This document shows, piece by piece, positions 53,655-64,000 of a stretch of 64,000 bases of DNA. This DNA comes from Lama guanicoe. Lineage: Eukaryota. Position 1 is the stretch's first letter. The number at the start of each line of letters is the position of its first letter. Location of the stretch: NCBI GenBank assembly GCA_013239625.1, contig MU054212.1, positions 3,684,744-3,748,743 on the forward strand. Reading direction: 5' to 3'. The notes under the pieces are model-generated. The model was not told where the DNA came from. It worked only from the letters and a program-made list of their open reading frames with translations, and made no database searches. The translations under genes were made by a program, and so were the position numbers.

Positions 53655-53980
53655 AAACTGCTGACACAAACAGTCACTACGGAAAACAGTATGGAGGCGC
53701 CTCAAAAAATTAAAAATAGAACTAACATATGATCCAGCAATTCCATTCTGGGTGTTTATTTGAAGAAGACAAAAACACTAATTTAAAAAGGTATCTGGAC
53801 CCTCACATCCACTACAGTAATATTCACGGGAGGGAACCTAAGTGTCCATGGATGGACGAACGGATAAAGAAAGTGTGAAAAATATATATATACACACAAC
53901 AGAATGTTACTCAATCATTAAAAATAAGGAAATCCTACCATTTGTGACAAATGGATGGACCTCAAGGGCATCATGCTAAG
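53655..53980 (+). mobile_element. L1 ORF2 C-terminus / 3'UTR fragment
   Basis: ggaaaacagtatggaggcgcctcaaaaaattaaaaatagaactaacatatgatccagcaattcc...ggatggacctcaagggcatcatgctaagt. Confidence 0.9.
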
Positions 53981-55484
53981 TTCGGGTGGTTCAGTGGCAC
54001 CGCTGAGGAGGGCAGCAGGCGAATGATATTTCACAAAGGTCACACAGCTCACAGCCGAGAGCATCAGCGGCAGGTGGGTCAGTGACAGGAAACTCCCTGC
54101 CACCTCCCCGTCCCCTCCTCCCAGGGCACAACCCCAGGGGATCCAGACGAGGGGAGGACGGGAAGTGATGGGGCAGACACACCCCTCCCCTTCCCAGCAG
54201 GCACCTGCGGATCCCTAGAGCCCAGAGTCAAACCTGAACCGGGAAGGGGAGGCATGACACTTGAGTTCTTAATCACATTAGTCCGGATTTTAACAGAGGA
54301 AAGTGAATGGACTGCCGTTCCAGATATCTGGGGATGCAAGAGCAAGAGAACGTGGTTCCAAGCAATGATGGAATAAAAATAAAACCTCTTCGTGTTTGCT
54401 GCCCACAGAGAGCAAAACCACTTCTCTGAACACAGAGGCAGGGTCCTGAGGGAGGAGCTGCTGAATAATGTAGGGGCCAACCTCTGGGAAGGAGTCCAGC
54501 GGCCCGGGTGAGCCAAGGTAACGGCGGGAGCTGACGGACAGGCCGGGCAGTGCCGCATCGCTCTCAAGGAACACGCAGCTTCTGTGCCACTCAGGTAGGT
54601 GTGGTGACTTGACATTTTAAGAAGCCAGTTCTGATGGTGGCCTAGACCGTGGAGGAGGGAGCACAGGCAGGGACGAGTGCAAGGCAAGAAGGCTGAATCC
54701 AACCCTTGTCGTCACATCTCGTCCTCAATCACCAGATTCAACCTCTGCAGAGAGAGGTCAAGGACAAAGCGGAATCCAGAAGGGCACAGAATGGGGCTGC
54801 CTTGGTAGGGATGAAGAACTGGTGGGAGGCCCGAGGGGTTTCAAGGGTTTCTTTTTAAATAATTTGACTCATACTTGAATTCATCTGATTAGTAGTGTTA
54901 CATGTGAAATTTCTCCTGCTTGGAGAGCAAACTTACCTTGAAAAGTAAAACAGACAGAGAAAGGTTCAGGTAAGAAAAAGCTGGAATATGAGACTTACGC
55001 TATATATTCTCTAGGCTGTAAGCGAGTTTGGGGGAAAATAGTCTTTGAAACTGAAATACAACTCAGCCCTTTACCAGAAGAGAGCTGGCAGTGTTTTGAA
55101 ATTCAAGCCCCAATTAGTAATAAAGACACCCTGTTTTGTACATGCCCTTCCTGCCCAGGCAGATATCTCTAGAACCTAATACAACAGTGGGCAACTGCTT
55201 CAAAGTGTAGGGGTGGGGGGACCTGCCTATATGTAATTCTTGAAGAAACAGCTATTAATACTGAAGAACTGAATACAGTACACTTAACAAGGAATAGTAA
55301 GATGAAGGTAGGTGAAAGATACGCTGAAATAAATGGGCAGGGTTTATACTCATTAGATATCAAGTATGTAAGGAGAGAAGACAGTTACAGGTTTTGGGAA
55401 GGAATGGATGGGGAAAAGGCTACTAACAGAAACAGGGAGGGTAAGAGAAGATTCAAAGAGGTAAATTTAATCCTTAAAATTCTC

Positions 55485-55765
55485 TTTTTCTTCCAGTTTT
55501 GAGATATGACACATCGCACATTAAATGTGCACAGCAGGACAACTTGACACACACAAGTACTGCAAAATGGTCACCACAGTAAGTTCAGTTAACATCTATC
55601 ACCTCACATAGTAACGAAAATTTTTTCTTGCCATGGGAACTTTTAGTATTCACTCTTTCAAATGTGGCTTTTTAAACTATGGTCATGATGTTGTACGTTA
55701 CACCTGTAACACGTACTTATAACTGGAAGCTTGTACCTTTTGACCACGTTCACCAGTTCCCCCAT
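55485..55765 (-). mobile_element. L1 3' end (L1MA/MB-like)
   Basis: caccacagtaagttcagttaacatctatcacctcacatagt...cttataactggaagcttgtaccttttgacc. Confidence 0.85.
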
Positions 55766-56036
55766 GTGTGGAAAGAAGAGTGTTTGCATTACATTCACCA
55801 AAACTGGAAGGAAGAGGCTGGAGCACAAAAGAGGGCGGGGGCTGCTCCCTCCCACCCCACTACAGCAGCAGGGCTGGGGTTTCTGTGTCCTGGCACCAGG
55901 AAGAAGAATGAAGTCCCTGCTTCAGCGCACACAGCGGCTACAAGAAACAAACAATAAACCTATTTTGCACATTGACTGATCTGACTCCAAGGGTTGGCAA
56001 TGTCTCCAGTGTTTAGAGAGCGAAGACCCAGCTTAC

Positions 56037-56143
56037 GTAAGTGCTGAACTTAAGAGCTGAGGGCCCCAACTGGAGACTAGGGACGCCATGACGTTCGTGA
56101 CAAGCAGAAACGAAAATATCAGATGCCACATGGATGAGGAACT
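56037..56143 (-). CDS. Candidate 107-nt exon (phase 1->0: FLIHVASDIFVSACHERHGVPSLQLGPSALKFSTY)
   Basis: Branch-like aataac, acceptor gtttctcctgcaccAG, donor AC|GTAAGC; CpG-containing. Confidence 0.3.
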
Positions 56144-56719
56144 CTGGTGCAGGAGAAACGCGTTATTTAACAATCTGCCACTGAATGAACAAAAACCAGC
56201 TGAAATCAAGCTAGAGGCAGCCAAGAACACACCGCTGAAGTCATCACGGAGCGCTACCAAGATTGGCTGGGGACTGCAGAGCTGTGAGTCTCTTTCTGAA
56301 GGAAGAAATATATTGAGTGGCCAGGCAAAGAAAAATAGGGGATCACCCCCATAAAAAAAAAAAAACACGTTTCTCTGTGGGCTGCTTTTTGTGACAGCTG
56401 TATTTAGTCAGCTACCTCCTCTACAACGTCCATGAACTGGGGCAGTAACCTCCTAAGCCAGCACTTTCCCAAGTGCCTGCGGGAGCACACACCAGCATCT
56501 CCTGGGGAGAGCGCTCCTTCCCCACCGTGGAGAGAGCAGAGCTCACCCAACTTTAAGAGATGAAGATGCAGAGCACCTGAAACCCCGTGCTCACTGGAAG
56601 GAAAAGCAGGTTGAGCAGTTATACAGAGTAAAACCAGGCACAGCACATGACACAAGGAGACACACAGGGGCTAATTCAGCAGGAAACACTGTACAAGATA
56701 AATCTCTACCAAACGCCTA

Positions 56720-57050
56720 TTTAGCCTCAGTTTTCTTATCTGCAAAATGGGGAAAATTAAACCTCTCTTATAGGGCTGTTGTAAGAACTGCATGAAAGTA
56801 AGATTTCGATCAGAAGACTAAATGAATAAATATAAGCTAACGTTAAAAAGAAGAGCTGATGTTTTAAAACTGCAGTCGGCTGTGTTCCTGGAGCGAGTTA
56901 GCCACCCTGGGCCCCCCTTTCCTCACCTGAAGAATGAACCTATTCAGAGTACCTTGTCCTTAGGTCTACTGAGGATTAGAGAATGAGTCACATTCTTAAA
57001 ATAGTGCCAGGCTCATAGTACATGCTCATTAAATGTCAGCTGCCATTTTT
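56720..57050 (+). mobile_element. Two MIR fragments
   Basis: agcctcagttttcttatctgcaaaatgggg; tttcctcacctgaagaatg...agtgccaggctcatagtacatgctcattaaatgtcagctg. Confidence 0.8.
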
Positions 57051-58049
57051 CATTAGAAGTTCCTTAAAGCTTCCCTACCTGCCTCAGCTACCGATTCTGC
57101 CTCAGAAAGATATTGCCTTATTTCTGTGTTTTTATTCTACTTACCATGTAGAACTGTAGAATCAGCAACAAACTTGAACATAAACAAGCCATCCAACCAC
57201 CTACACGGGACTTTTTTCTATCTACAACTGAATTCAACTGGGGAGGGAAGCAGTATTGGCAGCACCCACTCCAGGTGGGAACCACGGAGACGCTGGGATG
57301 CAACCAGGGAAGGTGCCCAGGTACAAACACACCAGTTCTCCAGATGCTCAAGGATTTCACCAGTTGATTAATAGCAACTCCCTTAAGCTCCCCACCGACC
57401 CCCTTCCTCGAACACCGGTGGATGCCTCCTTATACAGCAGCAGGAAGATTTCCTCACAGTGAAAGGATGATTTTTCAGAGCCAGGTACAATCATGACTCT
57501 CACACAGATATAACAGCAGGTCAAAGACTGAACTCATTAATTCATGGGGGAACTGGAAAGCTCTCATAAACACCTCAAAGGAGAATCCCAGGACCAGACT
57601 GAACAAACCTAAGCCCATCAGGAAACAAATCTGCTTGAGGGATGCAAAGCTAGCTTCTTCCACAATGGAGATGAAGTCAATTCAACCTCTAGAGCACAAA
57701 AAACTTCCTGCATGTCTACAGGTAAGAATTATGTGCATTATATCAGTATCGTACAAGCTAAGGCTATAGAGTGAACTCGATCTAGTCATCTCTAGAGGTG
57801 TAAAATAACTCAAAGACAATTAAAAGCACAAACCCAGTAGAATCAGGGAACTCCGAAAGGTATGCTCTAAACACAGTCTGCCACTGAAGACGCTGGGAAA
57901 TCTTTTGGCCTAGTTTAAAGCCTTTTACAACTTTTGGGCTCTGATCTTTCCACTTGGATCAAGAATAATCCCAAAGGAGCCACCCCCACAGGGCTAGCCT
58001 TGTTAGATTTGGCCTCATCGTGTGTAGAGGTGCAGGGGTGGGACTCAGT

Positions 58050-58515
58050 GGGCAGGCTGCCGCCAAGATGTGCTACTCTGGCCTGTGGATTATTTTGAGC
58101 TGTGAACAATCAAGGCCCAAAGACTCAGGAAGACCTTTGGACTTCCCCCTAACTGCCTAAAAGGACGCAAGATAGGAGGCCTGCCCCAGGAAGAAGCTAT
58201 CACCATCGATAACTGCGTAAAGTATTAGGTGTGTGTGGGGAGGAGGAACCTAGCAAAGCCCTTTTGCTCAAAGTCCTCTCTGTGCCCCAGTGTCTCTAGA
58301 TGGCCCATTAACTCTTTCTTCCTGTGAATTCCCTTACATCCTCTTGAAGCCTCAGACCCCTCCCTCTTTCTCCTTAGTCCAGAATATTGTACCTTGCCTT
58401 GCTGTCTTTGGAGTTCATCCTCTGAATTCCCACAGGCACGTAATGAATTTGATTTTCTCCTGTGAATCTGCCTTATGTCATTTTAATTGCTGGTCGAAAT
58501 TTCCCCTCCACCACA
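58050..58515 (+). mobile_element. ERV1-class solo LTR
   Basis: tattttgagctg...acttccccctaactgcctaaa...ttttctcctgtgaatctgccttatgtcattttaatt...tcccctccaccaca. Confidence 0.6.
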
Positions 58516-59009
58516 GCAGCAAGAGGATTTCCCAAGTTTGCTTTGGAAATCTAGAGGGCTCCAGTGCAGAACAATTTCAGAATAAACTTCCGTTGGGTAG
58601 TCTTCTCATAAGCAATGTCACATTGGACTTCTTAAAGCTTCTAGTGTTTGCTATCCCAAAGCTAGGAAACCAAACCCAAAAAACACCAAAACCAAACTTG
58701 ACCTGCAGTACCTGTGAGTGCGGGTGAACCCCTCTCTCTTCAAGGCCCTGGCCTCCCAGAAGGTGGCCTCCTCGCCACCTGAAGACTGGGCCCCAGTAAG
58801 TCAGGTTCCAGGGCAGGTGTCCTGAGCAGCTTTCATCGGCACTGGCTCCATAAAAAGGTTCTAAGTAAAATAAGTTCATCTTGTTTTCTTAAAAGCGGTT
58901 GTCATGCCTAATTAAACTGAGAATCATTCTCAGATAAGACATTCCAGGCAAGGCTTTGGTCATAAACCCAATTTTTTCAATTAACTCCCGGTACCAAAGA
59001 GGACAGATC

Positions 59010-59612
59010 TGTCGATGAAAAGTTAATCAATCTAAGACAGAAATAGAAAGTTTTATTCAAGCCAAATTGAGGATTATAACCCAGGAATGGCATCTCAGAA
59101 ACTCCAAGAACTCTTCTACCCGTTGGAAGTCAAAGAATTGTTATACAGCTTCTTTGAGACAGAGGGCTGTGCTTTAAATGACATCCTATTGACAGTTTAT
59201 ACAATCCAGAACTAGGATCACCCTGATCCCTTAGGAGATCCAGAAGAAACATTACCTTCTAAGGGGTTGTCTCGATGTTGCTGGGAGAATGGTGCTGTTT
59301 ATGGCTGAGCAGGTGTTCCTGCCAATGGGAGAGGTCTGGTCAATGCATATTCAGATACACAGTGAGGAAGTGTGGACACAAAGGGAACAAAAGAGGGGCT
59401 CTATACAGAAGAAACTGCATGAGTCGAGTCGTAACCTGGAGGCCAGTTACACCATGGAGAGCTAAGGAAACTGCAAGTTCATTTAGGCTTTGGACAGAAA
59501 AAAGTAAAATGTTTACCACCATCTTTGACTTGGCACAGGATAAACCCCTGGGTACTGATAGCAGCCTCTCTGCTTTAAGGATTTTAAGGAAAAAAACAGT
59601 GAACATATGACA
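59010..59612 (-). mobile_element. ERV1-class solo LTR
   Basis: TGTC...GACA termini; antisense AATAAA (gttttattcaagccaaattgaggattataacccagg); no TSD seen. Confidence 0.6.
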
Positions 59613-60099
59613 GGGAAAGTGTGTGAGTAGGGTATTGTAAATAATTCTCAACCCGTTCTAAAAATGGCTCGCAGCCATTCTAAATATTGCCTAGGAATTA
59701 TTTATAATGCCTGATACAACATTCGGTGATAACATAAGCACACACAATTGGGAGTCTGTTAAAATTTAATCCCAATTTAAAAGCGAGGCGGAGCAGGCCA
59801 AGACCAGAATCAGCAAAGGATTTATCAGAAATCTATCATTCAAGTTAGAAAAGACCCTCAAACTCAAAAAATTTTAAATGTCCATTTCCCAGAGCTGACA
59901 GAAGGTGATCTCTTCTTGAGACTGGTTGCCTCATTCAACAGAGAACTAGATTTTCATCAGTCTTAGTGAAAAGGGTTATTGGTCTTCATCTACTTGTTGG
60001 CACATATCCCCCAGCCTCTCCTAACTCTAAAGTCACATCTGGAAAAGTGAGATTATAACCAGAGCTGCCAGATGGCTTCAACAGTGAAAAATTCTTCCT

Positions 60100-60310
60100 A
60101 AAATGGTAGCTACCATTTAGTTACTATGTACCAGACACTTTCGAACATGCCTAGTTTAATCTTAACCCAACCCTATGTGATATACGGTAAATTATCATGC
60201 CCATTTTACAGATGAATAAAGAATCAGGGAGACAAGTAACTTGCCTAAATTTTTCATACATTACAACATATGAAACACTGAGAAGCTCAGATTCTAATCC
60301 ACATCAATCC
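60100..60310 (-). mobile_element. MIR SINE relic
   Basis: ttactatgtaccagacact...cccattttacagatgaataa...aagtaacttgcctaa. Confidence 0.8.
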
Positions 60311-60451
60311 TAAAGGCCAGTCTTAAAAATACAGAACCTCTGAAGAAAATTGGAGCTCCCCCAGGACTTTTAAATGATGACGTTTAAAATAGCATCTGAG
60401 GTTATAAAAGGGTGTCTTTGTTATCTCATAAGTAGGCTTCCTGAGCCGTAA

Positions 60452-60957
60452 CCAGGCCTGCCTTCAGCATTTGTAGGTCCCTGGACAAGAATACAAATGA
60501 AAAATCCACATAATGTATGTCTAAATGTTAGAAGTAATAAATCAATCTAACAAGCTATTAAATAAAATATGTTCTACACTCCTGCCTTGATAAATATGCT
60601 TTATAATGACTGAAAGGCCAGGTTCAAATTCAGAATCCCTCAGCTCATAGCAGGCCCCCTCCCTCTCCTCCACCTCCTCTGCACACACACACTCCTCCAA
60701 GGCCCGGCTCTGTCCTGCACTGCAAGGGGCCTGGTACACAGATGTGGTCACCCCAGCCCACATACCCCAGCTCTACCCACCGCCCCCACACAGCTGTCCC
60801 TCAGACACTGACAGGATCTGCCTCCAGCGTATGGATTTAGGGAGATATTCGACACAGGTCCCCAGAGCCAGCTCAGGTCCCTTTGGGCAGAGGATCCTGG
60901 GGACCCACTCGTGGTCTACAAGGTACTATTCAAAGCAGTCTTTGAATCTGGTCCTTG
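60452..60957. mobile_element. Probable non-autonomous hAT (Tip100-like) DNA transposon
   Basis: Degenerate inverted ends caggcctgccttca ... ttgaatctggtccttg; family from memory only. Confidence 0.35.
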
Positions 60958-62627
60958 AACTGTTCTAGTCTGCTTCAAGTGCAGATAGAGAAAGGAAGCA
61001 TTTAGAGCCTTTCATCACAATTTGACATTGCTACAACATTCAAGTGCAGAATTTTGTATTTTACAGGAGTATTAGTCAGCCACAAATGGGAAAAAGAATT
61101 TAAGGGGGGACGGGTTCTTATCCATAATGGACAGCAAAGCTCCGTCTAAAACAGTGGGAAGGCTGGTGGCCACATCCCCTTGGCCCACAGACTCATCCTC
61201 TGTGGGAAGAGGCACAGCCTGGGGAGGACCCGGCACGGACTTCCAAAGCAGGGTTTCTCATACCCAGGTTTAAGGGCAGCAGTGACAATACCTTTCCTGG
61301 TTTTCAATCTTACTTTAAAGCTCTACCATCTTTGGGGCTTGTGATCCAAAGAAGGTCCTAGAACCATGAAAGCAGCTCTGCTGTCAAGTGTGTGGGCTTA
61401 GGCAGGTACAGAGTGAACAGGTGGCTAAGAGGAAACCACCACGCCCCCAGAGCTCCTGCTACCAGCATCCCCCTGGCTCAGCCTCAGCCAGAGAAGTGGT
61501 CAATGCCAACCAAATGCAGCTCCTGTTAACTCGGGACTGCTTGGATAATTCAATGTCAAGATTTTAGGTCTCCTGTGATTTTTTTGTTTCTTGCCTCAAA
61601 CCTCAATTCCTGCTGAAGACGCGTTCTCCAGCCATTTTTTGCTTGTCTGTTCCTGTGCCTGTTGATAAAGTGATTTCATAGGAAAAGAATTTGAGGTGTT
61701 TCAAAGAAAATGAATTTTTAAAAGAGGACTAAAACAAAAATCTCAAAACACTATTTACAATCATTTTGATTATTATTACCTAAAGGTTTTGGCCAGGAAG
61801 AAACTTTTTAAAATGATGTGGGATAAGTACGAAGAGTTGCCACTACATTTTTTTTCTACTTCATAATTCTATTTGTTCAACCTTCAGTGTGTATTTTTCT
61901 CTTTGCCCACCCACCTCCCTTTCTGCAACCCCCTCAATATATACACATACACACCCACCCCAATAAACCATCAGCTGATGAGAACTGCAGTAGTTCCATT
62001 TTCAAATGCTATGTTTAACTCTTACTTGAGCAAATGCCTATTTCTGATATGGACCATATAAGAGATTATACTTTTAAAGCAATAAATTGCTAGCTACAAT
62101 TAATTTTATAAAAATATCAAGCTTTTAATTCTAGGACAGTTTCCAGAATTTTTCTACTAAGACCGAAAATGTGATGGTTCAGATTTATGCACACAGGCAG
62201 GGAAGAAGGCAAAGTGAAAGGCAAGATCCAGCAGCACCTTCTTAAACAGGGTTTCTCTCCCTCTCTCCCACAGCAAATTGCATCTTAGGACAAATCCACC
62301 CCCTTTCCTTTGAGACCAAGGTTTTGTTCAGCAGCGAAGATCACCATCAACTTAACAGGAAGGTTAAGTTAAAGAGTGTAAACCAACAGAAGTTTTCGGT
62401 ATCACACTTAAAATTATGTAAATACTGTTCAGTAACACCAATACCTTAGTGAATACGAGGTCCCTTCAGTACACATACCATGCTAACCCTGGAGCAGTCT
62501 GTCAACAGTTACCCTTTCTGCTCAAACAGTGGCTTGATCCCTGGAGGCACAAAATGACTTAGGTGTGTTTTCCTGAGCCTTTCTTGGTATTAACTTATTT
62601 TAGGCAGGCATCTTTCTTTCCCTCTAG

Positions 62628-62812
62628 ACAAGGGGTGATTAGTGGGCATAAGAACCATTTAGAATAATTTTTTAAATGCACGTTCCCAGTCCACCTCCTT
62701 CAAGACTTAGATTCAATAGGCCTGAGATCTTGCCAAGGGTCTTTGTTTTTAACAAGTATCCCAGGTAATTTCAACAAAGCTGTTTCAGGGAACAGCCTTT
62801 GAAAAACACTTT
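62628..62812. mobile_element. MER5-like hAT element
   Basis: agattcaataggcctgagat...tttttaacaagtatcccaggtaatt...tttgaaaaacact. Confidence 0.7.
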
Positions 62813-64000
62813 ATTGGAATCTTGAGTGTTTTAAGTACTGAATGAATCAACTAGTGCTTATTGGCAACTTGAGCTCATTTTATCTTGATGACAGAAGTAT
62901 CATGGTTGGAAAAAGTAAAACTTTATAGACTGACTCACAAATCAATACATATTATATAAATTGATTAATGATAGAGCCAAAGCTGCTGAAGTAAATTCAG
63001 ATCCAGCCTCTTGTTAAAAAAAAAAAACAAACTTTGTTTTAAGTCACCAACATTTAGAAATAAAGAGGTATCTGTCATTTCAACTCTATCGTTTAACTGG
63101 CTCCATCAAGAAATATTTAAGTACATAAAGGAAAGTACCTGCTTTTTAGTGTTTAATCGTGGTTACACGTGACCTTGTAGATTTCTATCCATAGGAAAGG
63201 TAATCCCAAAGGTTAGTCATGTGCCCTGAAATGCATTAACTAGGTTTGTATCTAGGAGTCAATTTATCCTGATATTCTTTTATCTGACTCCACTTCTCAA
63301 ATTATCTTGAGTCTATCTTCCAATCTTAGTGGTTTCTTCATTAAGCAATGGGGTGAATAAACACATTAACATGTATTTATAAGAGAGTCATTTTTGATTC
63401 TTTGAGAATTGTGCTTTGGCAGTTTGGGAGGTTCTACTGAGATGGTCAAATGCACTCACCTGCCAAAGCCAATTAAACTACACTGATCAAAAGTACAAAT
63501 TCTTGTGCTGTTTAAGCCTAGGCACATCTTCTCTTGGCTCCCACAGTCAGTGTCAAGCGGCAGGAGACTTCTGCTGACCCTGTTCCTGCCTGTGTGTGTG
63601 TTTCTGGTTCTTGGCCACATTCAGTTCTGCCTCTAGTTTGTGCACAACCAACACATTATTTCCCCTTGATGGCAGCAATGGGGGTTTGATTTTGTAGTTT
63701 GACAGTCTGGTTTCTGCATCAAGATGGCAGGCACCTGCCCTCCGTCTAAGAGGCGGCGAAGAATTTTTGTCTGTCTCTTTGTGTTCACATCAACTAGGAA
63801 AATATTTCATATACATTATAAAGGAAAACAGCTCTTGGAGAAACTGGTTTGTGTTTCTGTTTTGACCTGTGGCTCAGAGTTTAAGTGAAGAATGTATCTA
63901 TCTGTCTAAAATTGAGAAAAAGCCATAACCTCTCACTGTGTAAATGTGAAATACTGTCCTACCTTAGTAGGTTATCAATAAGTTAATGGCAAAGTCTCAA

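Noticed and set aside
54079..54702. Longest ORF (207 aa, minus)
   Set aside because: GC-rich stretch with a non-ATG start, Pro/Ser/Leu/Cys-rich random composition and no recognisable domain.
58290..58727. 145-aa plus ORF
   Set aside because: About half lies in an LTR; no gag/pol/env motifs.
1..64000. Prokaryotic systems (CRISPR, defence islands, operons, prophage)
   Set aside because: Mammalian repeat content, very low coding density and no repeat-spacer arrays.

Overview
Mammalian genomic DNA, probably camelid (inferred from two tRNA-derived SINEs with the GGGGAGGGTATAGCTCAGTG head and the young L1 tail type). It is not prokaryotic: I see no operons, rRNA, real tRNA or CRISPR. The window is mostly intron-like and rich in old repeats (MIR, L2, L3/CR1, L1, MLT1 and ERV1 LTRs, hAT-Charlie), and most listed ORFs are chance. 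The clearest unusual feature is a near-perfect 2,152-bp head-to-tail duplication (47471-49622 / 49624-51775) with a 1-nt junction insertion. All 8 mismatches I found fall in one 343-bp patch around a CpG-rich candidate minus-strand exon. Several minus-strand candidate exons (48398 down to 16727) can be joined into one open frame of about 290-300 codons, but I do not recognise the protein and it may be a chance chain of pseudo-exons. Repeat family names come from my recall of consensus sequences, not from a search, and repeat boundaries are approximate.
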